From Octopus sinensis (lineage: Eukaryota): a stretch of DNA of 64,000 bases. The first letter of the stretch is position 1; each line of letters begins with the position of its first letter. Positions 13,788 to 24,900 of this stretch are shown in pieces. The stretch spans positions 66,352,464 through 66,416,463 of the forward strand of contig NC_043011.1 in assembly GCF_006345805.1 (NCBI RefSeq). Direction: 5' to 3'. Below the pieces are notes generated by a model, which saw only the letters and a list, made by a program, of their open reading frames with translations, searched no databases and was not told the DNA's origin. A program made the position numbers and the translations under genes.

Positions 13788-14272
13788 ATATATATATATA
13801 CAATATATATATATATATTTATACATATATATATTATATATATATATATAATACATATATAAATATATATATTTATGTATATATATATACATATACACAT
13901 GTATATATATATATACATATATACATATTTATATCTATATATGCATGCAAAAATATCATACGTGTGTACATACTATATATATATATATATATGCATATTT
14001 ATATATACATATCTACATATATATATGTATGTATACGTGTGTGTGAGTATGCATATGTATACAAAACCAAACATCAGGAGCTATGAGGCGTGACAGTACT
14101 AATGTTGATAAATGATATGATTAGTATTACGGTAGTGCTTTTACGTAGTAATACGTATAGTGTGGAATAAATTAGGTTTATGTGATTGCATTCATATGTA
14201 TGCTTTATTCACAAAGCAATACAAATATAGAAGGTTAGGTCATAAGGTCAACTTGCAAGCATAATTACTTAC

Positions 14273-14291
14273 ACAATAAAATTATAAACAT
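14273..14291 (-). CDS. Coding exon 1 (MFIILL(C)), signal-peptide-like; the true start is uncertain
   Basis: Donor ttgt|gtaagt in phase 1 gives TGT (Cys) with exon 2. The first in-frame ATG is at 14291. The frame stays open upstream through an in-frame TTG at 14333 (LTTLRLRSFLSLVP). A possible acceptor tttctcag lies 10 nt before the ATG. Confidence 0.65.
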
Positions 14292-14394
14292 AGGAACAAG
14301 GCTGAGAAACGACCGTAGTCGTAATGTTGTCAAGTGGTTAAATAAATATATATATAACCTTTCATACTTGGTAAAATGACTGAAACAGGTAAAA

Positions 14395-14443
<49 letters not shown>

Positions 14444-14581
14444 ATATATATATTATAATATATATATATATATATATATATTTATTTATATATAATTTAT
14501 ATTTGTACATTGTGTTCATATATATATATATATATATATTATATATGTACACACTATATAAATATAAATTATATATATATA

Positions 14582-14957
14582 CTTTTATCTGTTTCAGTCA
14601 TTTCACTGTGGCCATGATGGAGCATCACTCTTAGTCGAAATAATCGCCCGCAGGACTTGTTCTTTATACGCAAACAACTTATTCTATCGATATTTTTTAC
14701 CGAACCGCTATGTTCGCGGAAGTAAACACCAATATGGGTTGTTGAACAATCGTGGGGTGACTAACATAGACACAAAGATAAACACACACACACACACACT
14801 CACACACACATATACGACATGGAAATCCACTCACAAGGTTTTGGTCGGCCCGAAGCTATAGTAGAAGATACTTGCCCAAGGGGACATGCAGTGGGTCTGA
14901 ACCCGTAATTATGTGATTGGGAAGCAGGTTTATAACCACACGGCCACGCCTGCGCCT
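14582..14957 (-). mobile_element. tRNA-derived SINE with a CR1-like 3' tail
   Basis: The minus strand starts aggcgcaggcgtggccgtgtggtt and has a B-box-like ggttcagaccc, a cttgggcaagtatcttctactatagc core and a gactgaaacagataaaag tail. Homologous to 15841-16240. Confidence 0.8.
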
Positions 14958-15003
14958 AAATATAAATATAAGTATAAATTATATATATATATATGTAATG
15001 TGT

Positions 15004-15072
<69 letters not shown>

Positions 15073-15079
15073 ATATACA

Positions 15080-15807
15080 AAGCAATAAGGGTTTAGCAAC
15101 GAGTTGCCTTACCACATACCGAATTTAGAAATAGCAGTCAAAGGGTTATAGCTATTTCTTCTACTAAAAAGGGAGATCTCAGTAAAAACAGCATTTGGAA
15201 GGCAGACACAAACAGGTAAGAAGAATGAATTGACTGCAATCTATCATACATTTTTTTAGTTATCCACGGACGTACGTTTCGAAATCAAGTTTTTAGGAAA
15301 GCATAAGAATTAAATATTAAATATTAAATAATTCTATCTTACCGAAACTTCTTTCTCTTCAGCGTAGAATACTATAATCATAAATGATTATATATTGAAT
15401 TTTGAGATACCAGAAGGCACCAACTCAACTCAGTATCAGAGCGAGCTAGAATCCGCAACTGGTATCACCGAATTCAATTTGTGAATGAAACGATTGTGTC
15501 AACAGCCCCTTCCCACCCGCGTGTAGCCAAAACAAGATGCTGTGGTCATCTACTGAGATAAAATATGGTTATCCGTAATAATGAAGGGTGAAATTAATTA
15601 ATTTGGAAAAATTATCAATTACACCAAGTAGTCTTCGGCATGTAAAAGCCTCATTCGAGGAAAATTTAAGTAATACTAAGCAATAAGGGTTTAGCAACGA
15701 GTTGCCTTACCACATACCGAATTTAGAAATAGCAGTCAAAGGGTTATAGCTATTTCTTCTACTAAAAAGGGAGATCTCAGTAAAAACAGCATTTGGAAGG
15801 CAGACAC

Positions 15808-15808
<1 letters not shown>
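15080..15808 (-). mobile_element. Non-autonomous PLE-derived element: 131-bp identical direct repeats (15080-15210, 15678-15808) around a hammerhead, inserted in (TA)n
   Basis: The repeats match base for base by eye, with a period of 598 bp. (TA)n lies on both sides. No ORF. Confidence 0.8.
15263..15368 (-). ncRNA. Minimal type I hammerhead ribozyme with a canonical core
   Basis: Minus strand: tctacg-CTGAAGA-gaaa...(extended stem II)...tttc-GAAAC-gtac-GTC-cgtgga. Stem I is 6 bp, stem III is the palindrome ACGTACGT, and the cleavage triplet is GUC. Confidence 0.85.
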
Positions 15809-15840
<32 letters not shown>

Positions 15841-16240
15841 GGCGCAGGAGTTGTTCCGTGGTAAGTGACATGCGCTTACCAACCACATGGTTCTGTGTTC
15901 AAGCCCAACGCGTGTTACCCTGGGCAGGTGCCTTCTATTATAGACTCGGTCCGATCAAAACCTTGCGCCTGGAATTGGTAGACGGAAACTGAAAGAAGCC
16001 CTTCGTATGTAATGTGTGTGCATGTGCTTGTGTGTGTGTTAGACATCACTCCATCCCCCACCATCGCTTGATAACAGTTGCTAGTGTGTTTACGTATCTG
16101 TAAAATAGCGTTACAGGAAAAAGAGAATAAGTACTAGGCTAACAAAGAATAAGTCCTGGGGTCGATTTGCACGACTGAAGTCAGTGCTCCAGTATGGTAA
16201 CAGTCAAATGACTGAAACAAGTAAAAGAATAAAAGAATAT
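15841..16240 (+). mobile_element. tRNA-derived SINE with a CR1-like 3' tail
   Basis: Starts ggcgcaggagttgttccgtggtaag, B box gttcaagcc, ccctgggcaggtgccttctattatag core, ends cagtcaaatgactgaaacaagtaaaagaataaaagaat. Confidence 0.8.
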
Positions 16241-16577
16241 ATAATGTACGAGGAATGAGATGTATAAGGGAAATATTTTCATATATTGACAGGTAAACCA
16301 GTATACAGATTAAGGTAAACGAAATTCAACAATTGTGATAGAAAAACTTACCAAATAAAAGGATAAATACAGGGAGCGAAAATAGCCTCATACCGGTTAC
16401 AGGGTAAAACAACGTTTAGTGCGGAAATTTCTATATTCAAGATGCTGAGCTAAAGAGACTGCATGATATAACAGATGTTTTTCTGGTATAAATCAATCTA
16501 TGTATGTGACATGTATATATGTGTATATATAACGGGAAGCTTTATGAAAATAAACAAAAGACGAAGGCAGGTGTGTG

Positions 16578-16608
<31 letters not shown>

Positions 16609-16716
16609 CCGTTTGTGTGTGCGTGTGCGTGTGTGTGCGTGTATGTGCGTGTATGTATGTATTCACGCATATTATGTATATTAAGTACACACATAACGCG
16701 CGCACACACACAAGCG

Positions 16717-16812
<96 letters not shown>

Positions 16813-17374
16813 TAGCATATTAGGTATATTACTTCAAATCTGATTTCCCTTGGCCGACATTTTTACAAATCCTGTAAGCATATATATATACATATATTCG
16901 ACTGAAATCATATTAGTGCTACTTCGTAGTACGTGAAAGAGTATTGTTTAATATCTGAAATTCTTATTGTACGAGTAACGCTAATTGGATGATTGTAAAA
17001 TTTATGTACGGGTGAAATGAATTCATCTTTTAAGAGCAATATATTCGGGACACATAAAACAGATAATGAGTAGATGCAGGACGATTCTTCACAAGGCTGG
17101 GACCACCATAAAGTTAGGTGCTTTGTGCAGTTGGAAGAAAATACATTTCTAACTATGAAACACTATAACACCAAACAATGTCGAATAACTTTTACAAGTA
17201 ATAAATATTACACTCATAATTTAAATTAGTTCTTATGCATGCATGTCATTTGTTACTATATATTTCATAGGTTGAGACACCAAGAAATGTTCATCATTTG
17301 TAACATCCGGCTAATCGTGTCTCAGAATGAGATACATACATATCACGTGTGCATGACTATATATATATATATAT

Positions 17375-17413
<39 letters not shown>

Positions 17414-18142
17414 CCAGAAAGTGGGTGTTTGGCAAGGCGTGACGGAGGGAGAACTATTGAGAGAAAGCGAGTGATATATTCATGTCTATAGCGAAAAAAG
17501 ATATATATATATATCAATGTAAATCGATATTGTATCAACAGTAAGCGCATTAATGAAAATATAAAGTGATTAAACGATTATATAGATATCAATAATGAGA
17601 ATATGATTGACTATTGATATTTTCTGTGTATTCGTGTTCCTTAAGTTTTCATGTAGCATTTTCATGTATGATAAAACATGATGCAACATACGTTTGAAGT
17701 TTACTGAAGTACCATTTAATGTATCAACGATGATTTATTGAAACGATTTCTCTTTGCTAATGATTAACATGACACAGCAATGACATCTGCGTGATTTAAG
17801 CATGTTAAATGTGTTTTGACAATGTATTTTTAAGTATTAAAAAAATGTAATTCTTCAAACTGTCACTTTTTATATGAATATATTTTGTATTAGTTCTGAT
17901 TAGTGAATGGGTATCAAGTCTTGTGCATAGCATAAAAATACATACTGACAGTAATAGCCACATGTAAACGACAAACATATGCATATAAAACCCAGAGACA
18001 CACACACTGAACAAGATACATACATACATACGTACGCTTTATCTTTTATTAAACTTTTAATACTTTTGATAAAAAAATATAAATAAATAAATAAATAAAT
18101 TAATTAATTAATAAAATAATATATAAACATAAAAATATACAT

Positions 18143-18199
<57 letters not shown>

Positions 18200-18200
18200 A

Positions 18201-18251
<51 letters not shown>

Positions 18252-18409
18252 ATATATATAAATTTGAAATTTATAAGTTTAATTTATTAAATAATTTTTT
18301 AATTTTAACTTTTATATTTTTAATTAATTTTATGTATTGGCTTATGTTTTTCACTGTTTGAATTGCCTAATATTGGTTTTATCTCTAATTTAATATAATA
18401 TATTTATTA

Positions 18410-18476
<67 letters not shown>

Positions 18477-19150
18477 TGTGTATGTGTGTGTGTATATTTC
18501 GTTCTGGGATTTGGTTTGCAAGATTCTTTATGTGAGTTCGTGTGTTGAAGCATATCCTGTTGTGTCCGGGGAGAGCCATTCTCTTTCGGTGCCTTATAAA
18601 TTAACACGCCCACCGGTAACATTTCCACATTTCTTTTTTATTTTTCTAAAATTTTCGTTGCGTCTTCCCGACTTTTCAATTTTAAGGGAGAGGGTGGGAG
18701 GTTGGTTGGGGAGGGGGAAGGAAGCACTATGTGGAATGAAAATAACAAACATTCCTTTGCTACTCACAAAATACAAAATGTCAGAAAGACAGGTCAGTTC
18801 CTCTCCACTTTTTGGTAAATTCTTAAACATATCTCCTTCTGTGTATATATTTAAATATATATACTACCAAACAAACATCATTTTATTGAACTCATAATAC
18901 TTTTTTGAGTAGTCTTAAATTCTTTCTTGTAAACTGATTTTCAACATTTTTATATTATTATCAAATAATGTATAACTCTATTTTAATACTTTTGCGATAA
19001 CCAGTACTTAACACAACAGAGTTTATACAAACATTTACATTTTAGCTTTGACAATCTTTTTCTAAAAGAGTGAAAACGGTCAAGTCATTAACATCTTTAA
19101 AATTGGATTTTCAAACCTTCTTTCATATATATATATATATTATATATATA

Positions 19151-19209
<59 letters not shown>

Positions 19210-19229
19210 TCATATATATATATATATAT

Positions 19230-19306
<77 letters not shown>

Positions 19307-19399
19307 GTATGTGTTGTGTGTGTATGTGTGTGTGCATGTGTGTATATCAGAGAGAGACCATTTATTTATATGTTTTACTCATTAGAATGCAGCCGAATT

Positions 19400-19720
19400 G
19401 AACGAACTACATATCGAAAAAGTGCGTTAGAGTTTTGTCTCTATATATTGGAAGAACATTCAGTTTCACACATGTTCACTATCAGACTGCAGAAACTATT
19501 TTTGGCTATATTAGAAAAGAATCTTCCCATTTATATCTGGGTTGGGAAAATGTTTAGGCATGGGCACATCAGTATCGAAACTGATTTGGAAACAGAAGCG
19601 CAAGTTCGGTGAACTTTTGATTAGTAGATGGCTGATGATTCAACGGGAAGAACCTTAATAATAAATGCTAGCTTTGTTTTTACACATACTTTGATGATTA
19701 TGGCTTCTAAGTATAGCATT
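19400..19720 (+). mobile_element. Decayed Penelope-like RT relic
   Basis: Broken frames give LEFCL...TFSFTHVHYQ...CFYTYFDDY, resembling the PLE RT motifs FxFNxxxYxQ and RYxDD. Confidence 0.4.
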
Positions 19721-20054
19721 GTAAATCGCTTTGATGAACTCATAATTTGATGTAAACATAAATTATGTTAAACATTGTTCCGTAACAAACTGAAATTTTC
19801 ATCGTAATAACCTTAATCAGTCCAAATTAGAGACGCTTTGAACAATTTAACGATTTTTATTTTTACTTCGTCAGATTTACCTCGACGCTGTATTCACTAT
19901 TATCTTTAATTTGCTATATTATTTGTCATAGTGGTAATTACTACAATATATTTCACCTAAGAATTTAATTAGGAGTTTACAGACAACAGTCTTTGCGTAA
20001 ACCACCTAGCTGTCTTAACATTTTTTTCTTTAAATATAGATTAAAAGTGTATAA

Positions 20055-20097
<43 letters not shown>

Positions 20098-20125
20098 ATA
20101 TATATTATATACATACACACACGCA

Positions 20126-20199
<74 letters not shown>

Positions 20200-20203
<4 letters not shown>

Positions 20204-21265
20204 AGGGTGTATTTTAACCTTGTTAACAATTAACACGGAAAAAATAAATAGTTACCAGGGTAGCAAAATTCTCACAAGTAAAGATGTAACTCCTTGTTTA
20301 TAAAGGTAGAAACTTCGTGTTTACGTGGAGTATTTTGAATAATATATGAATAAATAAGTGGAGTTTAACGCAGGTGTAAATCAAATATTTTTACTTTTGA
20401 CACATGTTTCGAAAATTCCACTGATACTATTCAAAAGAATAAATGGTATAAACAATGCAATCTCCTCCTCGGGAAAGTGAAAAAAACCAGACTCGTCAAT
20501 AAGGATTTGTATAGCGATTGACAGAACGCTATTAATACTGTTTAAAAAAAAACGTTATATGATATAACGTCATAAGTAGCTAACAGAAACAGTAGGGATA
20601 TTAATAGTGAATGTTAAATATAAAGGAAATTAAAGTTTAAATTATATATAATGATACAGACTATTTATATGCACTAAGTGTGTGTTTTTGCCAATGCTTA
20701 CATCTGTATGCTCGCTCTATAACCGTGTTTACTAGAGTATTTTTAGAAAAAATAATGAAACATAGCTCAGAATTGCAGAGAAGACAGAATTCCTTGCCTT
20801 TGTCATAAGGTATCGAAATTGAGAGAATCAACCATTCTAAATGAAATCGTTCATTGTGGTCTTTTAAATCCCAAATCAGTTTGCTGAGACCGGTACTATT
20901 GCGTTTATTTCTATCCCTAAATGTTGAGTAATGGATAGAAATTCTTTTAGATAACTCTAACGATGTGCTTCCAATGTAAAATCGTACATTATTACGAGTA
21001 CTGATTATACACTGGTATATAGAATTTTAATCTTAGAGTTACTTGACATAAACTTAATTCTATTGGAATTGACTTCAGATACAATAAACATGTTATTAAT
21101 ATTTCTAGAGTGTTGGATGGTATTAGCTAAATCAATGTTAGTATTAGTAAATGTATTAATATTTAACAGTTTGTTATTATGTGAAGAGATAATTTGTAAG
21201 AGATTTTTGGTGTTAGAAAAACCTATCCTAACTGTATGTGAATTGATAATAGAGTTACTATTATT
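20200..21265 (-). mobile_element. Penelope-like element 3' part: GIY-YIG endonuclease and terminal region with a hammerhead-like motif
   Basis: TVRIGFSNTKNLLQIISSHNNKLL (linker) is followed by a frameshifted but open GIY-YIG frame 21026-20661. A hammerhead-like motif at about 20395-20478 lies on the same strand. Confidence 0.85.
20661..21026 (-). CDS. Open 121-codon GIY-YIG endonuclease domain of a PLE (no start codon, not in the ORF track)
   Basis: NSIYQCIISTRNNVRFYIGSTSLELSKRISIHYSTFRDRNKRNSTGLSKLIWDLKDHNERFHLEWLILSISIPYDKGKEFCLLCNSELCFIIFSKNTLVNTVIERAYRCKHWQKHTLSAYK*. Confidence 0.75.
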   Translation of the reverse strand, partial: NSIYQCIISTRNNVRFYIGSTSLELSKRISIHYSTFRDRNKRNSTGLSKLIWDLKDHNERFHLEWLILSISIPYDKGKEFCLLCNSELCFIIFSKNTLVNTVIERAYRCKHWQKHTLSAYK

Positions 21266-24200
21266 ATTTGGCACAATTCCTTCCAGGACCTTCCAGACAT
21301 ATATTACTGCACACCTCTTCCGTCTTCTCTCCAGGGAGTAGAATCTTAGCTGTTTCAACTGGGAAGTAGCTGAGCTGTTCCAAAGAGAAAACCTTCTTTG
21401 TGAATCTTCTCTGGATTGCTTCAAGGTCCGCCGTTAATTTTACACTGGTGTGTGACCATAGCTGTGAGCAGTAATCCAGGCGGCTGAGGATGAAAGTACG
21501 CCAGAGGACCATCATGGTTTCCTTATCTCTGGTTCTGAATGTTCTTAGGATCCAGCCAGTCAGTCGTCTGCACTTTGTCGCCATCCTGGGAAAGTGCACC
21601 TGGAAAGAGGTATCATCACTCATGTCGATACCCAGGTCCCTCACAGACTTAGGCTATGGGATTGAAATTCCCTGGACCGGTGTATCCTATAACTTTAATA
21701 TTCAGTTTTGGATGCTGGTAGCGCAGGGCCTGGAATGTTTCAGCATTAAACTACATATTATTAAACTCAGCCCATCTGTAGTCCGACTCCTGCTGCAGGT
21801 GTGTAACATCGCTGGGGTTCTGTATTTTCTGCGAGACTTTCGTATCGTCTGCATAGCTTGCTAGAGTAGCTGTCCGGGCATTTGAGGGCATATCTGAGAG
21901 GGCCACTATAAAAAGCAGTTGTCCCAAGACAGTGCCCTGTGGAACACCGCTCAGTATTTGTGTGTTCATAGACGTGGCACCATTAACCACTACTGCCTGA
22001 CTCCTATCTTTCAGATAGTCATGTAACCACACTCCAAGTTTTCCAGCTATGCCGAGGTCACGCAGTTTGTGGCGTATCATACCATGATCCATCTTGTCAA
22101 AAGCTTTTGCAAAATCAATGTAGATTACGTCCAAATTTGATTTGTTGAGTAACTGCCCCAACACTCAGTCATAATGTTGTAAGAGCTGGGTCAGGCAGCT
22201 CCTACCTAGTCGAAAACCATGCTGGGTATCACTGGGTATTACTTTTGGCCCAAATATAGACAGCTCTATTATGTTGTGATCCGAAACTAATGTCAGTGTC
22301 ACTTTCACATCATGAATGATGTCCATATTGTTCGTGAAGCAGAGATCCAGAATGCTATTCGCCCTAGTTGGTTTGAGTACAACTTGCTCCATGAATAAGG
22401 CGTTAGTGAGGTTGAGCAGGGACTCCACATGTACTTGCTTGCAATGATTCATTCATGAGAGTATAAGACCTTCAGGCCATTTGACGTTGGGGAAGTTGAA
22501 ATCCCCCATAAGAAATATGGTCACGTGGTGTTCCAGATTCATGAGGATTTCTTTAATTCTTGTGTGGCAATCTTCAAACTTGCCTATATGATTTGGGGCA
22601 TCTGGTGGGCAATATGTATTGCATATGACTATATTATGTTATCTTATGTATACAATTAGAGTGTCACATACCGAATTTGAGTGTGTAATTAAGACCTGGG
22701 GGGTGAGGTCATCTCGGATGTATACAGCAACTCCACCATGGCTCCTTTCCCTTCTGTCTGTTCGCAGTATGGCATAGTTTGGTATGTGTACTTCTGCGTC
22801 TTCTGTATCAGGGCTGAGGTGAGTTTCCACGAGAGCTATGCATAGGGCTTGATTGCATGCAGTAAGAACTCTCAGGAAAGGAATTTTGTTTCTACTTTAA
22901 TGCAACAGACCCCCAAAATTTAGTAAAAGTATTGGGGTTACGGCTGTGTAGGCGTTAGGGGAGGCCATCCCGTGTCTGTTGACTGTGGTGGTCTTGCATA
23001 GTGGTGGGCAGGGTTCCTTCTCAGTGCTCGGTCTAGCAAGGTTAGCTGCCGGACGATTCTTTGTGCCATGCATAAAAAGACTCTTGCTCAGCTGCTGCGT
23101 TGCGCAGAACATCTGAGGTGCGCACTTCGCTTTTGAAAGTTTTCCTGGGAGACATTTCTTGTGTTCCCTCGGTAAAGCTCTTCTCTTTGAGTCCCCTGAG
23201 GTTCTGGCGGGGTGTCGGGTGGGCGAACCGGAAGTTTTTGCCGTCCTCCCCATGCCAACAATTGCCCCGCAGGTAGAATTTACAGGTTCTTCGGTGCCTT
23301 CCAGATTTCTTCTTTCCTGAAGTGTATACTGGGTGGCATTGGATCCTCCATGGGGTTCTCTGCTGTTTGTGTGGTGGGTTGGGGTTTCAGCTTTGGTTGT
23401 TTTGCCTTTTCTTCCCTTACTTTCCCTATTTTTGCTTTCGGTCCTTCCTTTTTTCTTCTGTTTTTCTAATTTCTCATTTTTTGTAGGACCACTGGTATAG
23501 GGGGGCTTCCGCTGTCTCCTCCCTTGGCTCCCCTATTCTTCGCTACCTTGTCGTTCACCGAGGTAGGTGATCCATTTTCCTGAGGAACCCCTGGATCGCA
23601 GAGACATCCGGCTTCCTTCTCTTTTTCGTCCTCTTCATCCTCATCAGCCTTGCCACAATAATTTTCAATTATGTTATCCAATGTTTTGATGCGTGGTCTT
23701 ATAAGCATGTAAGACCGGATAAATTCACCTTTCTTTCGCTCTATTTGGTCAATGGTTCTAGGAAATCCATTGTTCTTTAGCGCGGCAGTGATGATGCTGT
23801 TCGGCGGATCGCCACTAGCAATTCTCCATGCCCTTAGCAGAAGATCTAACTCTTTCTTTTCCCACGTTGATGCCATCTTCGTATTGAAGTCCAGAGGGGG
23901 AGCAGAGGCTAGAGAGGCAATGAGGGATAGAGAGAGGTAGAGAGGGAGGAACACAGAGGGGGGAAATAGGGAAAGAGAGAGGGAGATAGGAAGGAAAGAG
24001 AGAGGTGCTATACAAGAAATAGAGAGGATGATAGGAGAAATGCAAGGGGGTGTTGTGTGTTAAAGAGATAGTGGAAGGTAGGGAAAAGGGAGAGAAGGGG
24101 AATAGAAGGAGAGAGAGAATGAAGGAGAAGATGGGAAGAGAAAGAGAATCAGAGTGAAGGAGAGGAGGGGAAAAGAAAGAGAAACAGAAGTGGGAGAGGA

Positions 24201-24900
24201 TAGCAAGAGAAAAAGTGACAGAGTGAAGCAGAGACAGGATGAAGGATGTGAGAGAGAGGGAGAGACGAAGTGAGAAGAATGGGCGAATGAGAACTATATG
24301 AGAGAGAGTGTGAGGTGATGAGAGGAGAGGTAGATGTGAGATGGAAAAGAAAGAGAAATGAAAGAAGAGGAGGATATGAAAGTGGGGAGAGAGATGAGAA
24401 AAAAAGTAAGATATGCAAGAGAGAGGGAAAAGGTAAGCGTAAAGAGAGATAAAGGAAGGGAGAAAGGAGCTGGAAGTGGGGGAGTATATGTAAGGGAGGA
24501 GAGAGGTGGTAGAAGAGGGTGGGGAAATGAATGAATTATTTAATTCTAAACTAATTACGATTATATTTCTCAGTCGTTAGCTTAAATTACAGGAAAATAA
24601 ACAAATGAAAAGGATTTTTAAATATTAGTTTTATAGAGATAGAAGGAATTTACGGTAAAATTATGATTATTATATTTCCAGCTCAGTCGTAGCTCACAGG
24701 AAAATAAACATACGAAAAGAATTTCTAAATGTTAGTTTTATAGAGATGAAATGAAAGATAGATTGAAAGCGAAACAGAATTGAGAGAAAGTTATTCTCAG
24801 AATGTAAACAAAGATGGCGTCGTAAATCGTAACTGAGACGTTAGCTTACATTAAAGGAACATAAAAAATAATAAACAAAAATATGAAAACGATACTTATC
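21266..24900 (-). mobile_element. CR1-group LINE, second copy: Myb/SANT-like, degenerate CCCH, APE, RT; internal deletion and missing 3' end
   Basis: ORF 23466..23954 has WEKKELDLLLRAW...LKNNGFPRTIDQIERKK. An alternate frame near 23285-23215 gives CKFYLRGNCWHGEDGKNFRFAH. APE (FGPK) is fused to RT (PSDTQHGF) near 22235. YADDTK is present. The 5' boundary is approximate and includes a purine/pyrimidine-skewed tract at 23940-24530. Confidence 0.88.

Noticed and set aside
15645-15675. HDV-like P3/L3 look-alike (ATT-TTCCTCG-AAT on the minus strand)
   Set aside because: I could not build P1 or P2, and the motif is not kept in the 63 kb homolog. Twister and pistol folds also failed by eye.
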